Below, piece after piece: positions 10,022 through 19,227 of a stretch of DNA of 64,000 nucleotides; position 1 is the first letter of the stretch, and every line of letters begins with the position of its first letter. Where the stretch lies: the NCBI GenBank assembly GCA_002299885.1, contig DBOB01000022.1:1896-65895 (forward strand), written 5' to 3'. The notes under the pieces were generated by a model. It had not been told where the DNA came from and ran no database searches. It worked only from the letters and a program-made list of their open reading frames with translations. This DNA is from Sediminibacterium sp. UBA657 (GTDB taxonomy: Bacteria; Bacteroidota; Bacteroidia; Chitinophagales; Chitinophagaceae). Both the position numbers and the translations under genes were made by a program.

Positions 10022-11044
10022 CTATACCAAGTCCCTTGGCCACACTATGGTTGCTTTTTGTTGAAATTGACTTATTTCAGATTGAATGGCATTTTGAATT
10101 TCAATGCCCTTGGCAGCACGGTACATTTCGTCCTTGTAGTACAATTTAAAATGATTCGCTAAAAGATCGGGTTGTTTAAAATCAAAATATTCACCCGACT
10201 TGGCCATTTCAGAAGCAATAAAATGAATGTCAGGATTTTCTTGATGCAATAAAAAAGGAATCTGATAGCGCATGCTATAGGTTAAAAACTGAAAGCGATG
10301 GCTATTCATTGCACTGAAGATAGTAAGGTATGCAGCAGCAATCCACTCTAATGTAAAATTAGTAATAGTAACTAATTCAACAGCGTCTCTATATTTATAG
10401 CCTAATAATAAATTGGCCGCTTTCTCTTTATCGGCTTCTGTATCTAACACAAAAACAAGCGACATGGTACTTAGCTGCCATTTTTTAAATACAGAAAATG
10501 CTTTCACAATTGGCAGGATGTCATGACTGTCCACAAATGCAAGTAGGTATTGATTTCCATCTGTTAATGCGCTTCTCACTGGTGCCAATTGCGCCCATTC
10601 AAAACTAGGCAAGGGCGCTTTTTCAAGATACAGTCTGGTTACTCCTGTTCTGTTTTGTGCATGCCATTCGTCCAAAGCCAAGACTTGTTTTGCACCTTGC
10701 ATTGTTTTATTAAAACGCTTTTTTTCAAGTAACAATTTAAGCCAACTTAAATGACCAGTAAGATGTGGTAAAGTCAAAGGGATAAAATAGGAAGGAATTT
10801 GCTTTGCCCATATAGCAACAGGACTAAAATGTATCAAAGCATTTGAACTACTTGCTGCTATCAATTGCTTTGTAGCATCTGGATGCACCCATTCAGCCCC
10901 TTTAATTTCGGTAGGTTTTGGCAAAGTAGAAACAAGATAGATGCTATGTTCTGCAACAGACATGCCCAAAAGATCTAATAATAGTGGCTCCAAAATAGAA
11001 AGATTGGATACATAAACATCATCAAGCTGTATAAAAATGCGCAT
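10022..11044 (-). CDS. Hypothetical cytoplasmic protein (about 340 aa), function unknown
   Basis: Long ORF with no signal peptide or TM. Start moved from the track's TTG (11050) to ATG 11044, because that TTG is the end of a perfect -7 box. Confidence 0.6.
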   Translation of the reverse strand: MRIFIQLDDVYVSNLSILEPLLLDLLGMSVAEHSIYLVSTLPKPTEIKGAEWVHPDATKQLIAASSSNALIHFSPVAIWAKQIPSYFIPLTLPHLTGHLSWLKLLLEKKRFNKTMQGAKQVLALDEWHAQNRTGVTRLYLEKAPLPSFEWAQLAPVRSALTDGNQYLLAFVDSHDILPIVKAFSVFKKWQLSTMSLVFVLDTEADKEKAANLLLGYKYRDAVELVTITNFTLEWIAAAYLTIFSAMNSHRFQFLTYSMRYQIPFLLHQENPDIHFIASEMAKSGEYFDFKQPDLLANHFKLYYKDEMYRAAKGIEIQNAIQSEISQFQQKATIVWPRDLV

Positions 11045-11047
11045 AGG

Positions 11048-11055
11048 CAAAATTA
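11048..11055 (-). promoter_or_regulatory. -7 promoter box TAATTTTG, 3 nt from ATG of the 10022-11044 gene
   Basis: Minus strand reads TAATTTTG-CCT-ATG. Confidence 0.45.
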
Positions 11056-11117
11056 ATACATACTTAACAATTTATCCACCAATCATTTGTAGTGGTGAGT
11101 TGGACATATTAGTATCC

Positions 11118-11125
11118 TACCTTTG
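11118..11125 (+). promoter_or_regulatory. -7 promoter box TACCTTTG, 4 nt from the MerR-like ATG
   Basis: TACCTTTG-GCTT-ATG on the plus strand. Confidence 0.45.
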
Positions 11126-11129
11126 GCTT

Positions 11130-11756
11130 ATGGCAGAACCGCTTAAGCAATTAGATTTATTTGGCACGGAGGCATCAACTCCTGTGCATATTGCTGCGCC
11201 TAAACAAGCCAAAAGTATCAAGCAAAAAAAATCATTGCCTCAATACCGAAAGCCTGTTTACCAAACTGAGTCGGTCCTAGTTGAAACAACAGTGAATGAG
11301 TCTGATACTGATTTGCCTACTGTATCAAGAACGCCAATGGCTTATGTGAACAGAAATATTTTACATAAAAGAGGCAGGATGGCTTTTGCTGATATGGATC
11401 AAGAAATTGATAAAATCAATGTGCCCGATGCCAGCACCTTAGCTAAAAAATTGTACTACCCAATTGGAGAAGTAGCAGGATGGTTTAATGTAAACACATC
11501 ATTGATTCGTTATTGGGAAAAAGAGTTCAAACAATTACAGCCACGTAAAACAAGAAAAGGGGATCGTTTATTTCGTGCACAGGACATTGAATTTTTAAAA
11601 CAGATCTATTACTTACTAAGAGAAAAAAAGTATTCCATTGATGGGGCGAAAACTTATTTGAAAAACAATAAAGAAAAAGCCAATAAAGACCTATCCTTAA
11701 TGACCAATTTAAAAGAGATTAAAAACTTTTTGATTTCTTTGAAGGCAAGTCTTTAA
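11130..11756 (+). CDS. MerR-family HTH transcriptional regulator with a long disordered N-terminal region
   Basis: C-terminal YYPIGEVAGWFNVNTSLIRYWEKEF...GDRLFRAQDIEFLKQIYYLLREKKYSIDGAK is a MerR-type wHTH. ATG at 11130 chosen over the track start 11037 on promoter-box evidence. Confidence 0.72.
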   Translation: MAEPLKQLDLFGTEASTPVHIAAPKQAKSIKQKKSLPQYRKPVYQTESVLVETTVNESDTDLPTVSRTPMAYVNRNILHKRGRMAFADMDQEIDKINVPDASTLAKKLYYPIGEVAGWFNVNTSLIRYWEKEFKQLQPRKTRKGDRLFRAQDIEFLKQIYYLLREKKYSIDGAKTYLKNNKEKANKDLSLMTNLKEIKNFLISLKASL

Positions 11757-11760
11757 GCAA

Positions 11761-12822
11761 CTATCCTTTATCAGAAAATTGAATTTGATTTGCATTCGCA
11801 TACTCAATAGCAGCAAGGTTAATACGCTCTCTAAGCATTTGAAAAGCATCTATATCCATTTGTATATTCACTAAACATTCTACATGCAATGCGTGGTGTT
11901 GCTTCCCTGATTCTGATACGAAAACTTGATAGCTATTCAAATCATTTTCGGACTTTAAAAAATTACGCAGATGATTTGCAAAATCTGCCAATGCTTGTGC
12001 AGTAGTAGTTACGCTTAGTTGTAAATCCATTTCGATCCTACGCTCAGATCTTAGTGATATATTATCTACAATAGAATCGACCATTTGTTTATTGGGAACC
12101 GAAATAAAAGTTTTTTCTTGTGTGCGTATGCGCGTACTTCTTAATCCAATTTTTTCGATCGTGCCAGTAAAGTTATTCACTTTAACTAAATCCCCAATAG
12201 AGAAAGGCTTATCAAAAAAGATAATAAAGGAGGCAATAATATTTTCTAAACTTTCTCTGGTAGACAAAGCAATTGCAGCACCAACAATACTCAAGCTTGT
12301 AACAAGATTTCCAATATTTTCGTTAAAGACATATCGCAATATCAAAAGAACACCAAAGATGTAGATGATTACTTTAAAGAAATCTCTGAAAAATAAAATC
12401 AATTGGTCATCGGATAAATCTTTAGTGAGCCTTGCTTTATTCTCTAATATGATCGCAATAAATTCGAGTGTTCTAAGGCTTACTCTAATCAAGAGTATAA
12501 TAAACATCAATTTAATTACTGAATCAATTAGCTGCTGCAAACTCAATTTAAATAGGTTCAAATCCCATGCGGCAGGAAACTTTAATTCATAGATAGCAAT
12601 AATCGCAACCAAAAACAGTAAGAACTGTTCAATTGGAACAATTAATCGGTGTACATGATTTTTTCTTAACTCTGAATGGTTCTGCTTGTCGACCCAAGTG
12701 TAAATTATACTTGCAAAAAAACGAGAGACCAATCGCTTAATCAGCAATGTAACGATTAAGATTGCAGCTACAAATAAATAGCTTCTTATAGAATTGCTTA
12801 ATATGATTTGATCGATATTCAT
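11761..12822 (-). CDS. Mechanosensitive ion channel (MscS family)
   Basis: N-terminal TM helices, then the conserved FDKPFSIGDLVKVNNFTGTIEKIGLRSTRIRT beta-domain motif. Confidence 0.85.
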   Translation of the reverse strand: MNIDQIILSNSIRSYLFVAAILIVTLLIKRLVSRFFASIIYTWVDKQNHSELRKNHVHRLIVPIEQFLLFLVAIIAIYELKFPAAWDLNLFKLSLQQLIDSVIKLMFIILLIRVSLRTLEFIAIILENKARLTKDLSDDQLILFFRDFFKVIIYIFGVLLILRYVFNENIGNLVTSLSIVGAAIALSTRESLENIIASFIIFFDKPFSIGDLVKVNNFTGTIEKIGLRSTRIRTQEKTFISVPNKQMVDSIVDNISLRSERRIEMDLQLSVTTTAQALADFANHLRNFLKSENDLNSYQVFVSESGKQHHALHVECLVNIQMDIDAFQMLRERINLAAIEYANANQIQFSDKG

Positions 12823-12826
12823 TGGC

Positions 12827-13585
12827 TTATGCTTCCCAAGTTAATAATTGCAAATCTGTGCCGTCGAAAACAGCATAGGTATTTAAACGAATCCAATCCC
12901 CTAAATTAATGTACCTACTTTTATCACTGATTTTTAAATCAATTGCGTAGTGACGATGGCCGAATATGAAATAATCAACTGCCATGGTTTTTGCTTTTTC
13001 TTTGGTATACAGTATCAACCATTCTTTGTCTTCTCCTAAAAATAATTCATCTGCGTTGCCCGTTTTAGCACGACTTTTTCGGCTAAAATAATTGGCTAAC
13101 TGTATGCCTGCATCGGGATGCAACCATCTAAATAACCATTGACAAATAGGATTCGTAAATATTTTTTTCAAACGCTTATACCCCTCGTCTCCAGGGCCTA
13201 GGCCATCCCCATGTCCTATCAAGAATTGTTTATTTTGGATGGTAAAAGTTTGCGGTTCAAAATAAAGTTTTGCATTCAATTCCTTTGACAAATAATCCTG
13301 CATCCACAAATCATGGTTACCAGTAAATATATGTAACTGAATACCTTCGTCCGCTATTTGTGCAAGGGTGCCTAAAATTCTAACAAAACCTTTTGGCACG
13401 ACTGTTTTGTATTCAAACCAAAAATCAAAAATATCGCCTACAATAAATATGATACCAGCATCTTTACGTGCATCTTGTAAAAAGCGCACCAAGCGATCTT
13501 CTCTTTTTCTACTTTCTGTATCATTGGGCGCACCTAAATGAAAGTCAGAAAGAAAATACACTTTTTTGCCAGTTTCCAATACCAT
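12827..13585 (-). CDS. lpxH: UDP-2,3-diacylglucosamine diphosphatase (LpxH-type metallophosphoesterase)
   Basis: Calcineurin-like motifs SDFHLG, GDIFDFW, GNHD, GHGD, GHRH. Size 252 aa. Confidence 0.75.
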   Translation of the reverse strand: MVLETGKKVYFLSDFHLGAPNDTESRKREDRLVRFLQDARKDAGIIFIVGDIFDFWFEYKTVVPKGFVRILGTLAQIADEGIQLHIFTGNHDLWMQDYLSKELNAKLYFEPQTFTIQNKQFLIGHGDGLGPGDEGYKRLKKIFTNPICQWLFRWLHPDAGIQLANYFSRKSRAKTGNADELFLGEDKEWLILYTKEKAKTMAVDYFIFGHRHYAIDLKISDKSRYINLGDWIRLNTYAVFDGTDLQLLTWEA

Positions 13586-13612
13586 GTAAGGAGGTTAATT
13601 TGATTAAAGGTA

Positions 13613-14254
13613 CTAAACCGGTGTATTATCAATTAAAAAACAATACACTTCTTTAGGACCGTGTACGCCAACCACTAATGTTTTTTCAATATCTGCTGTT
13701 CGGCTAGGCCCAGTTGCAAAACTAATCATAGAAGGAAAACCTTCTGGGTTGTTTTTAAATTGAACTAAGCTATCCGCTATATCATAGACCAATTGATCCG
13801 CATATGCAATACAAATATGAATAGGGGCATAGACACTAGCAGTCCTTCCACTTGCATCTTTACTGCTTAATACAATGGTACCCGTTCTAGCCACTAAATG
13901 CGTACATAATGTAATTGCTGCGTCGCATTCTGCTAAGTCATCTGTTGTTACAGGGTCAAATTGCAAAGGACGTAATGAAGACAACCAATCCGTTTCTTTT
14001 GAATATATTTTATTCCAACCCTTCGCAATCATCAAGGCATTCAATTGTGCAATCAATTCATGCTCGTCGGCACAATACACAAATTTGCCCAAGAGTTCAG
14101 TGAACTTTTGAGCAAACTCAATCGCCATTTCTTTTTCAGTTGGGATAAATGTAGGCGTATCAGCTACCTGATCTGGAAAAGGAACAGGCACTGGATCTTT
14201 CAATGCCTGTTTTATCTTTTGTAATATTTTTTGTCTTGCGCCTTGCGATTCCAT
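13613..14254 (-). CDS. LUD domain protein (LutC/YkgG-like)
   Basis: 213 aa. Family resemblance to the C-terminal LutC fold (TGTIVLSS...GPSRTADIE). No lutA/lutB adjacent. Confidence 0.6.
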   Translation of the reverse strand: MESQGARQKILQKIKQALKDPVPVPFPDQVADTPTFIPTEKEMAIEFAQKFTELLGKFVYCADEHELIAQLNALMIAKGWNKIYSKETDWLSSLRPLQFDPVTTDDLAECDAAITLCTHLVARTGTIVLSSKDASGRTASVYAPIHICIAYADQLVYDIADSLVQFKNNPEGFPSMISFATGPSRTADIEKTLVVGVHGPKEVYCFLIDNTPV

Positions 14255-14261
14255 TTATAAC

Positions 14262-16364
14262 TTATTCGTTATGATCTGTTGCGTCTGCTGCATGAATAGT
14301 TGCGTTTGCATTTTCAATCACATCATCAGATCGATCTGAAGGCGTTTCAACAGTTGTTTCATTTGGAGCAAATTGATTGTCTGCATTGGCAGCGACTGTT
14401 GTCTCTTCAAGGATTTTCTTTTCTTCAAATGGACGGTCACCAATCAATTCCTCTACATCAGACTTATGTAATACTTCTCTTGTTAATAATGCTTGAGCCA
14501 GCTTCTCCACTTCTTCTTTTTTAGATTGTAATAAATCTAAAGTTCTGTGGTAGGCAGCATCAATCATCTTGCGAACTTCTTCGTCAATGATTTTTCCTGT
14601 CTCTTCACTGAATGGTTTTTGGAAAGTATTTTCTTGAGACGGATCGTAGAAACTTACATTACCAATTTTATCATTCATACCATAAGTGGTTACCATCGAG
14701 TAAGCCATCTTGGTAATTTGTTGTAAATCGTTAGAAGCGCCTGTTGAAATACGACCAAAGAAAATTTGTTCAGCAGCACGTCCACCCAATGTCATACACA
14801 TTTGATCGGTCAATTGCTCAATCGTATATAAGTATTGTTCCTTAGGTGTGTACTGCGCGTAACCTAATGCAGCCGTACCTCTTGGCACAATCGTAACTTT
14901 CAATAAAGGATAAGCGTGTTCTAAGAACCAGCCACAAATTGCATGTCCTGCTTCATGGTAGGCAATCACTTCTTTCTCTTCCTTAGAAATAATTTTATTT
15001 TTCTTTTCTAATCCACCAATGACTCTGTCAATCGCATCTTGGAAGTCTTTCATCTCTACACCAGTCTTTCCTTTACGTGCTGCAATCAAAGCTGCTTCGT
15101 TACAAACATTCGCAATATCTGCACCCGCAAAACCTGGTGTTTGTTCAGCCAATTTATGCACGTCTAAACTTTCAGATACCTTGATTGGACCTAAGTGCAC
15201 TTTAAATATTTCTTCACGACCTTTTACATCTGGACGATCAATTGAAATCTGACGATCAAAACGTCCTGGTCTTAATAAGGCAGAATCCAATACATCTGGA
15301 CGATTGGTAGCAGCAAGGATAATAATACCAGTGTCTCCACCAAATCCATCCATCTCTACTAACAATTGGTTCAATGTATTCTCGCGTTCGTCATTACTCA
15401 TCATGGCATTCTTACCACGAGCACGACCAATCGCATCAATCTCATCAATGAATATAATACAAGGCGCTTTTTCACGTGCTTGTTTGAATAAATCACGCAC
15501 TCTACTTGCACCAACACCTACAAACATCTCCACAAAGTCGGAACCACTTAAACTAAAGAAAGGCACTTGTGCTTCTCCAGCCATGGCTTTTGCCAATAAA
15601 GTTTTACCTGTACCTGGTGGGCCTATTAACAATGCACCTTTTGGAATTTTACCTCCAAGGGCTGTATATTTTTTTGGTTGTTTTAAGAAGTCTACAATCT
15701 CCATCACTTCTTCTTTTGCTTCTTCTAATCCAGCAACATCTGCAAAAGTAATATTCACTTTCGTGCCACCTTTTTCGAATAAGGTTGCTTTTGATTTACC
15801 AACATTAAAGATGCCACCAGGTCCACCGCCACTTCCTCCGCCACCGCCCATCTTACGCATCATCACCATCCAAATAACCACAATGATTAACATCGTAAAT
15901 ATAGTGTTGGCAATTGGTCCAAACCACTCCCCTTCCTTGATGGTGTTTTGTGGTACTTCCTGAATACTTTTTTGTTCGTAGAATTTTTGTAAACGCTCGT
16001 TGAAACTATTCCAATCGGTTACACTAAACTCAAACAATGGCACCCCTTTTACTTTTGCTTTATCTAATTTCTTTTTAAACTTTTGTACATAGTAGTCCTT
16101 GTGAATACTATCTACTTTGATATATACACGAACGATTTCTTTGTTTTGAACAAGGTCAATACGCTCCACATCACCTCGCATCAACATCACTTGCTTGAAC
16201 TCTTGTTCAGTCGTGGTGGTTAATTCGGGTGTCATTTGAAAAAATCGAGCCGAGAAAAGGGACAATGCAATAAGTCCATATATCCAATAGATATTGAACT
16301 TGGGCATTTTAGGTCCATCCCCCAAAGGCGAATTCTTCTTTTTATTATTTTTTGACTCTGACAT
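14262..16364 (-). CDS. ftsH: ATP-dependent zinc metalloprotease FtsH
   Basis: Two N-terminal TM segments, Walker A GPPGTGKT, Walker [12 protein letters not shown], zinc site HEAGHA. Confidence 0.98.
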   Translation of the reverse strand: MSESKNNKKKNSPLGDGPKMPKFNIYWIYGLIALSLFSARFFQMTPELTTTTEQEFKQVMLMRGDVERIDLVQNKEIVRVYIKVDSIHKDYYVQKFKKKLDKAKVKGVPLFEFSVTDWNSFNERLQKFYEQKSIQEVPQNTIKEGEWFGPIANTIFTMLIIVVIWMVMMRKMGGGGGSGGGPGGIFNVGKSKATLFEKGGTKVNITFADVAGLEEAKEEVMEIVDFLKQPKKYTALGGKIPKGALLIGPPGTGKTLLAKAMAGEAQVPFFSLSGSDFVEMFVGVGASRVRDLFKQAREKAPCIIFIDEIDAIGRARGKNAMMSNDERENTLNQLLVEMDGFGGDTGIIILAATNRPDVLDSALLRPGRFDRQISIDRPDVKGREEIFKVHLGPIKVSESLDVHKLAEQTPGFAGADIANVCNEAALIAARKGKTGVEMKDFQDAIDRVIGGLEKKNKIISKEEKEVIAYHEAGHAICGWFLEHAYPLLKVTIVPRGTAALGYAQYTPKEQYLYTIEQLTDQMCMTLGGRAAEQIFFGRISTGASNDLQQITKMAYSMVTTYGMNDKIGNVSFYDPSQENTFQKPFSEETGKIIDEEVRKMIDAAYHRTLDLLQSKKEEVEKLAQALLTREVLHKSDVEELIGDRPFEEKKILEETTVAANADNQFAPNETTVETPSDRSDDVIENANATIHAADATDHNE

Positions 16365-16430
16365 AGTATTGTTGCTGTTGCTGCTTTTTATATAAACAAG
16401 TGGAAATGAATATTGTTGACCTTAGATGAA

Positions 16431-16835
16431 CTAATCTTCATGTGTTTTCATTTCTGCGTCACTCCATAACTCTTCCAATTTGTAAAAACCACGAGCCTCT
16501 GGGTGCATCACATGCACCACCACATTGATATAATCAATAAGTAACCATTGTCCTCCTTGTTTGCCCTCTGTTTTATAAGGAAGATCATCACACTTGTGCT
16601 TTACTTCATAATCGATAAAATCGGCAATGGCTCTTAATTGTGTGGTATTATTTGCCTCACAAATGATGAAAAAATCTGCAGCAGCCTCATGTACTTTTTT
16701 AAGGTCAAGACTAATTACATTTTCACCTTTTTTATCCAAGATAGCCTGAATAATGGTTTTGAAGATTTTAGAGCTACGAGTGAGCCTAGTAACCGTATTT
16801 TTTTTACGGTCATTTAAAGAAGAAAGATGTTCCAA
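16431..16835 (-). CDS. rsfS: Ribosome silencing factor RsfS
   Basis: DKKGENVISLDLKKV...DFFIICEANNTTQ...WLLIDYINVVVHVMHPEARGFYKLEELW. The track start (16934) overlaps birA and lies upstream of a -7 box. The first plausible in-frame start after the box is TTG 16835; the exact start is uncertain. Confidence 0.78.
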   Translation of the reverse strand: MEHLSSLNDRKKNTVTRLTRSSKIFKTIIQAILDKKGENVISLDLKKVHEAAADFFIICEANNTTQLRAIADFIDYEVKHKCDDLPYKTEGKQGGQWLLIDYINVVVHVMHPEARGFYKLEELWSDAEMKTHED

Positions 16836-16881
16836 TGCGCTTATTTTTAATGTGTTAAATCCTGTTTCTAAACTAACTTTA

Positions 16882-16889
16882 CAAAAATA
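16882..16889 (-). promoter_or_regulatory. -7 promoter box TATTTTTG for rsfS
   Basis: Plus strand CAAAAATA, located in the birA-rsfS divergent region. Confidence 0.35.
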
Positions 16890-16897
16890 GCAATTCT

Positions 16898-17557
16898 TTG
16901 TCACCTGCCACACCAAATATCCTATTAGGCGCACCGTTGATAGAACTGTCTACAATAGATAGTACCAATATCTATGCCATGGCACAAATCAAGGCAGGAT
17001 TGGCCAAGTCTGGCAGTTGCTATACAGCTGATTTTCAGACAAATGGGAAAGGGCAACATGGACGTGTTTGGGAGAGCTCTAAGGGTCAAAACTTACTTTG
17101 TAGCTATATTTTGGAATTAAATACGTTGGATGTGCTCAAAAACTGGACTCCAGCAGACCAAATTGGGTTTTCAGCAGCCATTGCGCTTGGAGCTAGGGCC
17201 TTTTTCTCAGCCTTTGCAGGATCCGAAACTAAAATCAAAAAGCCAAACGATATCTATTTTAGTGACAGAAAGGCAGGGGGCATCCTCATAGAAAACCTTG
17301 TAAGAGGCCCAGAATGGACCTGGGCCGTAATAGGCATTGGCATGAATATCAACCAAACAGAATTTTCGCCAGAAGCATTGAACAGCGTATCCTCAAATCC
17401 TATTTCTTTGCAAGAGATCACCAATCAAAGCTGGGATGTAAAAAAAATGCAACAGCATTTAAGTGATGCATTAAATGATGCAATTCATGATTGGTTGTTG
17501 AAGGGTAACGAAAAATGCATTGAACTATTTGAAACCTATTGTATTGAAATAAAATAG
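16898..17557 (+). CDS. birA: Biotin--[acetyl-CoA-carboxylase] ligase (class I, no HTH domain)
   Basis: STIDSTNIYA and QTNGKGQHGRVWES (GRGRxGR-type variant) motifs. TTG start, exact start uncertain. Confidence 0.8.
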   Translation: MSPATPNILLGAPLIELSTIDSTNIYAMAQIKAGLAKSGSCYTADFQTNGKGQHGRVWESSKGQNLLCSYILELNTLDVLKNWTPADQIGFSAAIALGARAFFSAFAGSETKIKKPNDIYFSDRKAGGILIENLVRGPEWTWAVIGIGMNINQTEFSPEALNSVSSNPISLQEITNQSWDVKKMQQHLSDALNDAIHDWLLKGNEKCIELFETYCIEIK

Positions 17558-17610
17558 TTGTGGAAATAGTGGTGTATTAGAAGATGAATTAGAAATTGAT
17601 AATTAAAAAT

Positions 17611-18660
17611 ATGAGTATAAAATTAACAGAACATTCTAAAGGTGGTGGATGTGGTTGCAAAATTTCACCAGCAATCCTTTCTGAAATATTAGCTGCACAT
17701 AATGTAGGTGCAAAAACCAATGTTAAAAATTTATTAGTAGGGAATGATAGCAGAGATGATGCAGCCGTTTACCAGCTAGATGAAAAAACGGCGATGATTA
17801 GCACCACCGATTTTTTTATGCCGATTGTAGATGATGCATTTGCTTTTGGACAAATCGCTGCTGCGAATGCCATTAGTGATGTCTATGCGATGGGCGGCAA
17901 GCCAATTTTTGCACTGGCTGTATTGGGCTGGCCCTTGGCCACGCTACCTGCAAGCGAAGCTGCAAAAGTAATGGAAGGTGCGCGCAAAACATGTACCGAA
18001 GCGGGTATTGTGATTGCAGGAGGACATAGTATTGATAGTCAGGATCCCATTTTTGGATTAGTCGTAAATGGTTTAGTTGATATAGAAAATTTAAAAAGAA
18101 ATGATACTGCTCAAGAAGGTGATGTATTAATTTTAACAAAGCCATTAGGTGTGGGTATTATGGCCACTGCACAAAAAAGAAAAGTTTTAACAGATGAAGA
18201 TTTAAATTTTTTAGTAAAACAATTGACCACTATTAATAAAGCAGGTGAAGCATTAGGAAAAATAAAAGAAGTACATGCTATGACCGATGTAACAGGGTTT
18301 GGATTACTAGGGCATTTAACAGAGATGATGGAAGGCAGTCATTTATCGGCCTCAATTCAATATAATAAGTTGCCAATAATACCAACCGTCAGAAATTACA
18401 TTGCTCAAAAAACAATTCCTGGTGCCACTGCACGCAATTGGAGCTCAAGCAGTGCAGGAGTGGTTTTAGGCCCTGGTGTAGATGAAGCAGAAGCTAAATT
18501 ATTATTACCAGACCCGCAGACAAACGGAGGTTTATTAATTGCTGTAGCGCCAAGCGCATTAAAGGAAGTACAAACTATTTTACAAGCAATGGGTATTGAA
18601 TATTTTAACCCTATTGGAGAGTGCACTGCTGCAAAAGAAAAAAGAATATATATTGACTAA
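17611..18660 (+). CDS. selD: Selenide, water dikinase (selenophosphate synthetase), Cys form
   Basis: N-terminal SKGGGCGCKISP active-site loop (Cys rather than Sec) and AIR-synthase-like fold motifs. ATG 17611 preferred over the track's TTG 17596. Confidence 0.9.
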   Translation: MSIKLTEHSKGGGCGCKISPAILSEILAAHNVGAKTNVKNLLVGNDSRDDAAVYQLDEKTAMISTTDFFMPIVDDAFAFGQIAAANAISDVYAMGGKPIFALAVLGWPLATLPASEAAKVMEGARKTCTEAGIVIAGGHSIDSQDPIFGLVVNGLVDIENLKRNDTAQEGDVLILTKPLGVGIMATAQKRKVLTDEDLNFLVKQLTTINKAGEALGKIKEVHAMTDVTGFGLLGHLTEMMEGSHLSASIQYNKLPIIPTVRNYIAQKTIPGATARNWSSSSAGVVLGPGVDEAEAKLLLPDPQTNGGLLIAVAPSALKEVQTILQAMGIEYFNPIGECTAAKEKRIYID

Positions 18661-18750
18661 GCTTAAATAAAGACTAGATTAAGTAGGGAAATCTAAAGGA
18701 TTGAATAAGCTCAGGCGTGCATTCTTATTTGAAATAAATTTTCGGAAGAT

Positions 18751-19194
18751 TTATTCAAAAATCAAATGTCCTTTGTTTTTGATTTGATCTGGCGTGAGTT
18801 CTGCAACCAATTGCACGCCTTTGATATTTCTTATGGTGTATAAAATATCTTTTACTTTTTCATCCTCAATCCATTCCCCACGGATCCACCAAATGAAGTC
18901 CATGTGTTTTAATTCAGGTAATAAATACTCTCCATCAAATTGATTGTGGTATACAAAGTGGCCAATGGTGGTATTGGGTTCATAGCCTTCATACATAGAA
19001 AAATAATAGGTTCTATTTTTTCTTTTCAATGCAATTTCATGATTAGGGTTGAACCTGAATTCAAAGCCCATATACTGATTGAGTAAGATACAAAACTGAT
19101 AATTTTTTATAGGCGCAGTGATGCCCAAGATTCGAGAGCCCTCAAAATCTTGTTCGTTAATTTCGTCCTGGTTTAAAATAATTTTTGCACTCAC
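18751..19194 (-). CDS. IPExxxVDY-family protein (function unknown)
   Basis: 147 aa. LPELKHMDF fits the I/L-P-E-xxx-V/M-D-Y/F signature I recall for this Bacteroidota family. GTG start. Confidence 0.5.
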   Translation of the reverse strand: MSAKIILNQDEINEQDFEGSRILGITAPIKNYQFCILLNQYMGFEFRFNPNHEIALKRKNRTYYFSMYEGYEPNTTIGHFVYHNQFDGEYLLPELKHMDFIWWIRGEWIEDEKVKDILYTIRNIKGVQLVAELTPDQIKNKGHLIFE

Positions 19195-19227
19195 TATAGT
19201 TAAAATATCTGTTGAATAAATTTACAT

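Noticed and set aside
13589-13596. AAGGAGG strings adjacent to start codons (13589-13596 near lpxH, 42097-42103 near the PUL unknown gene, AGGAGG 31335-31340 near korB)
   Set aside because: They are on the plus strand while the genes are on the minus strand, so the mRNAs carry CCUCCUU rather than a Shine-Dalgarno sequence. Three occurrences is only slightly above my rough chance expectation, which is too weak to claim a signal.
15304-15963. 219-aa plus-strand ORF with a proline-rich stretch
   Set aside because: It lies entirely antisense to the highly conserved AAA+ core of ftsH. The Pro run is the reverse complement of the FtsH Gly-rich linker. No independent signals support it.
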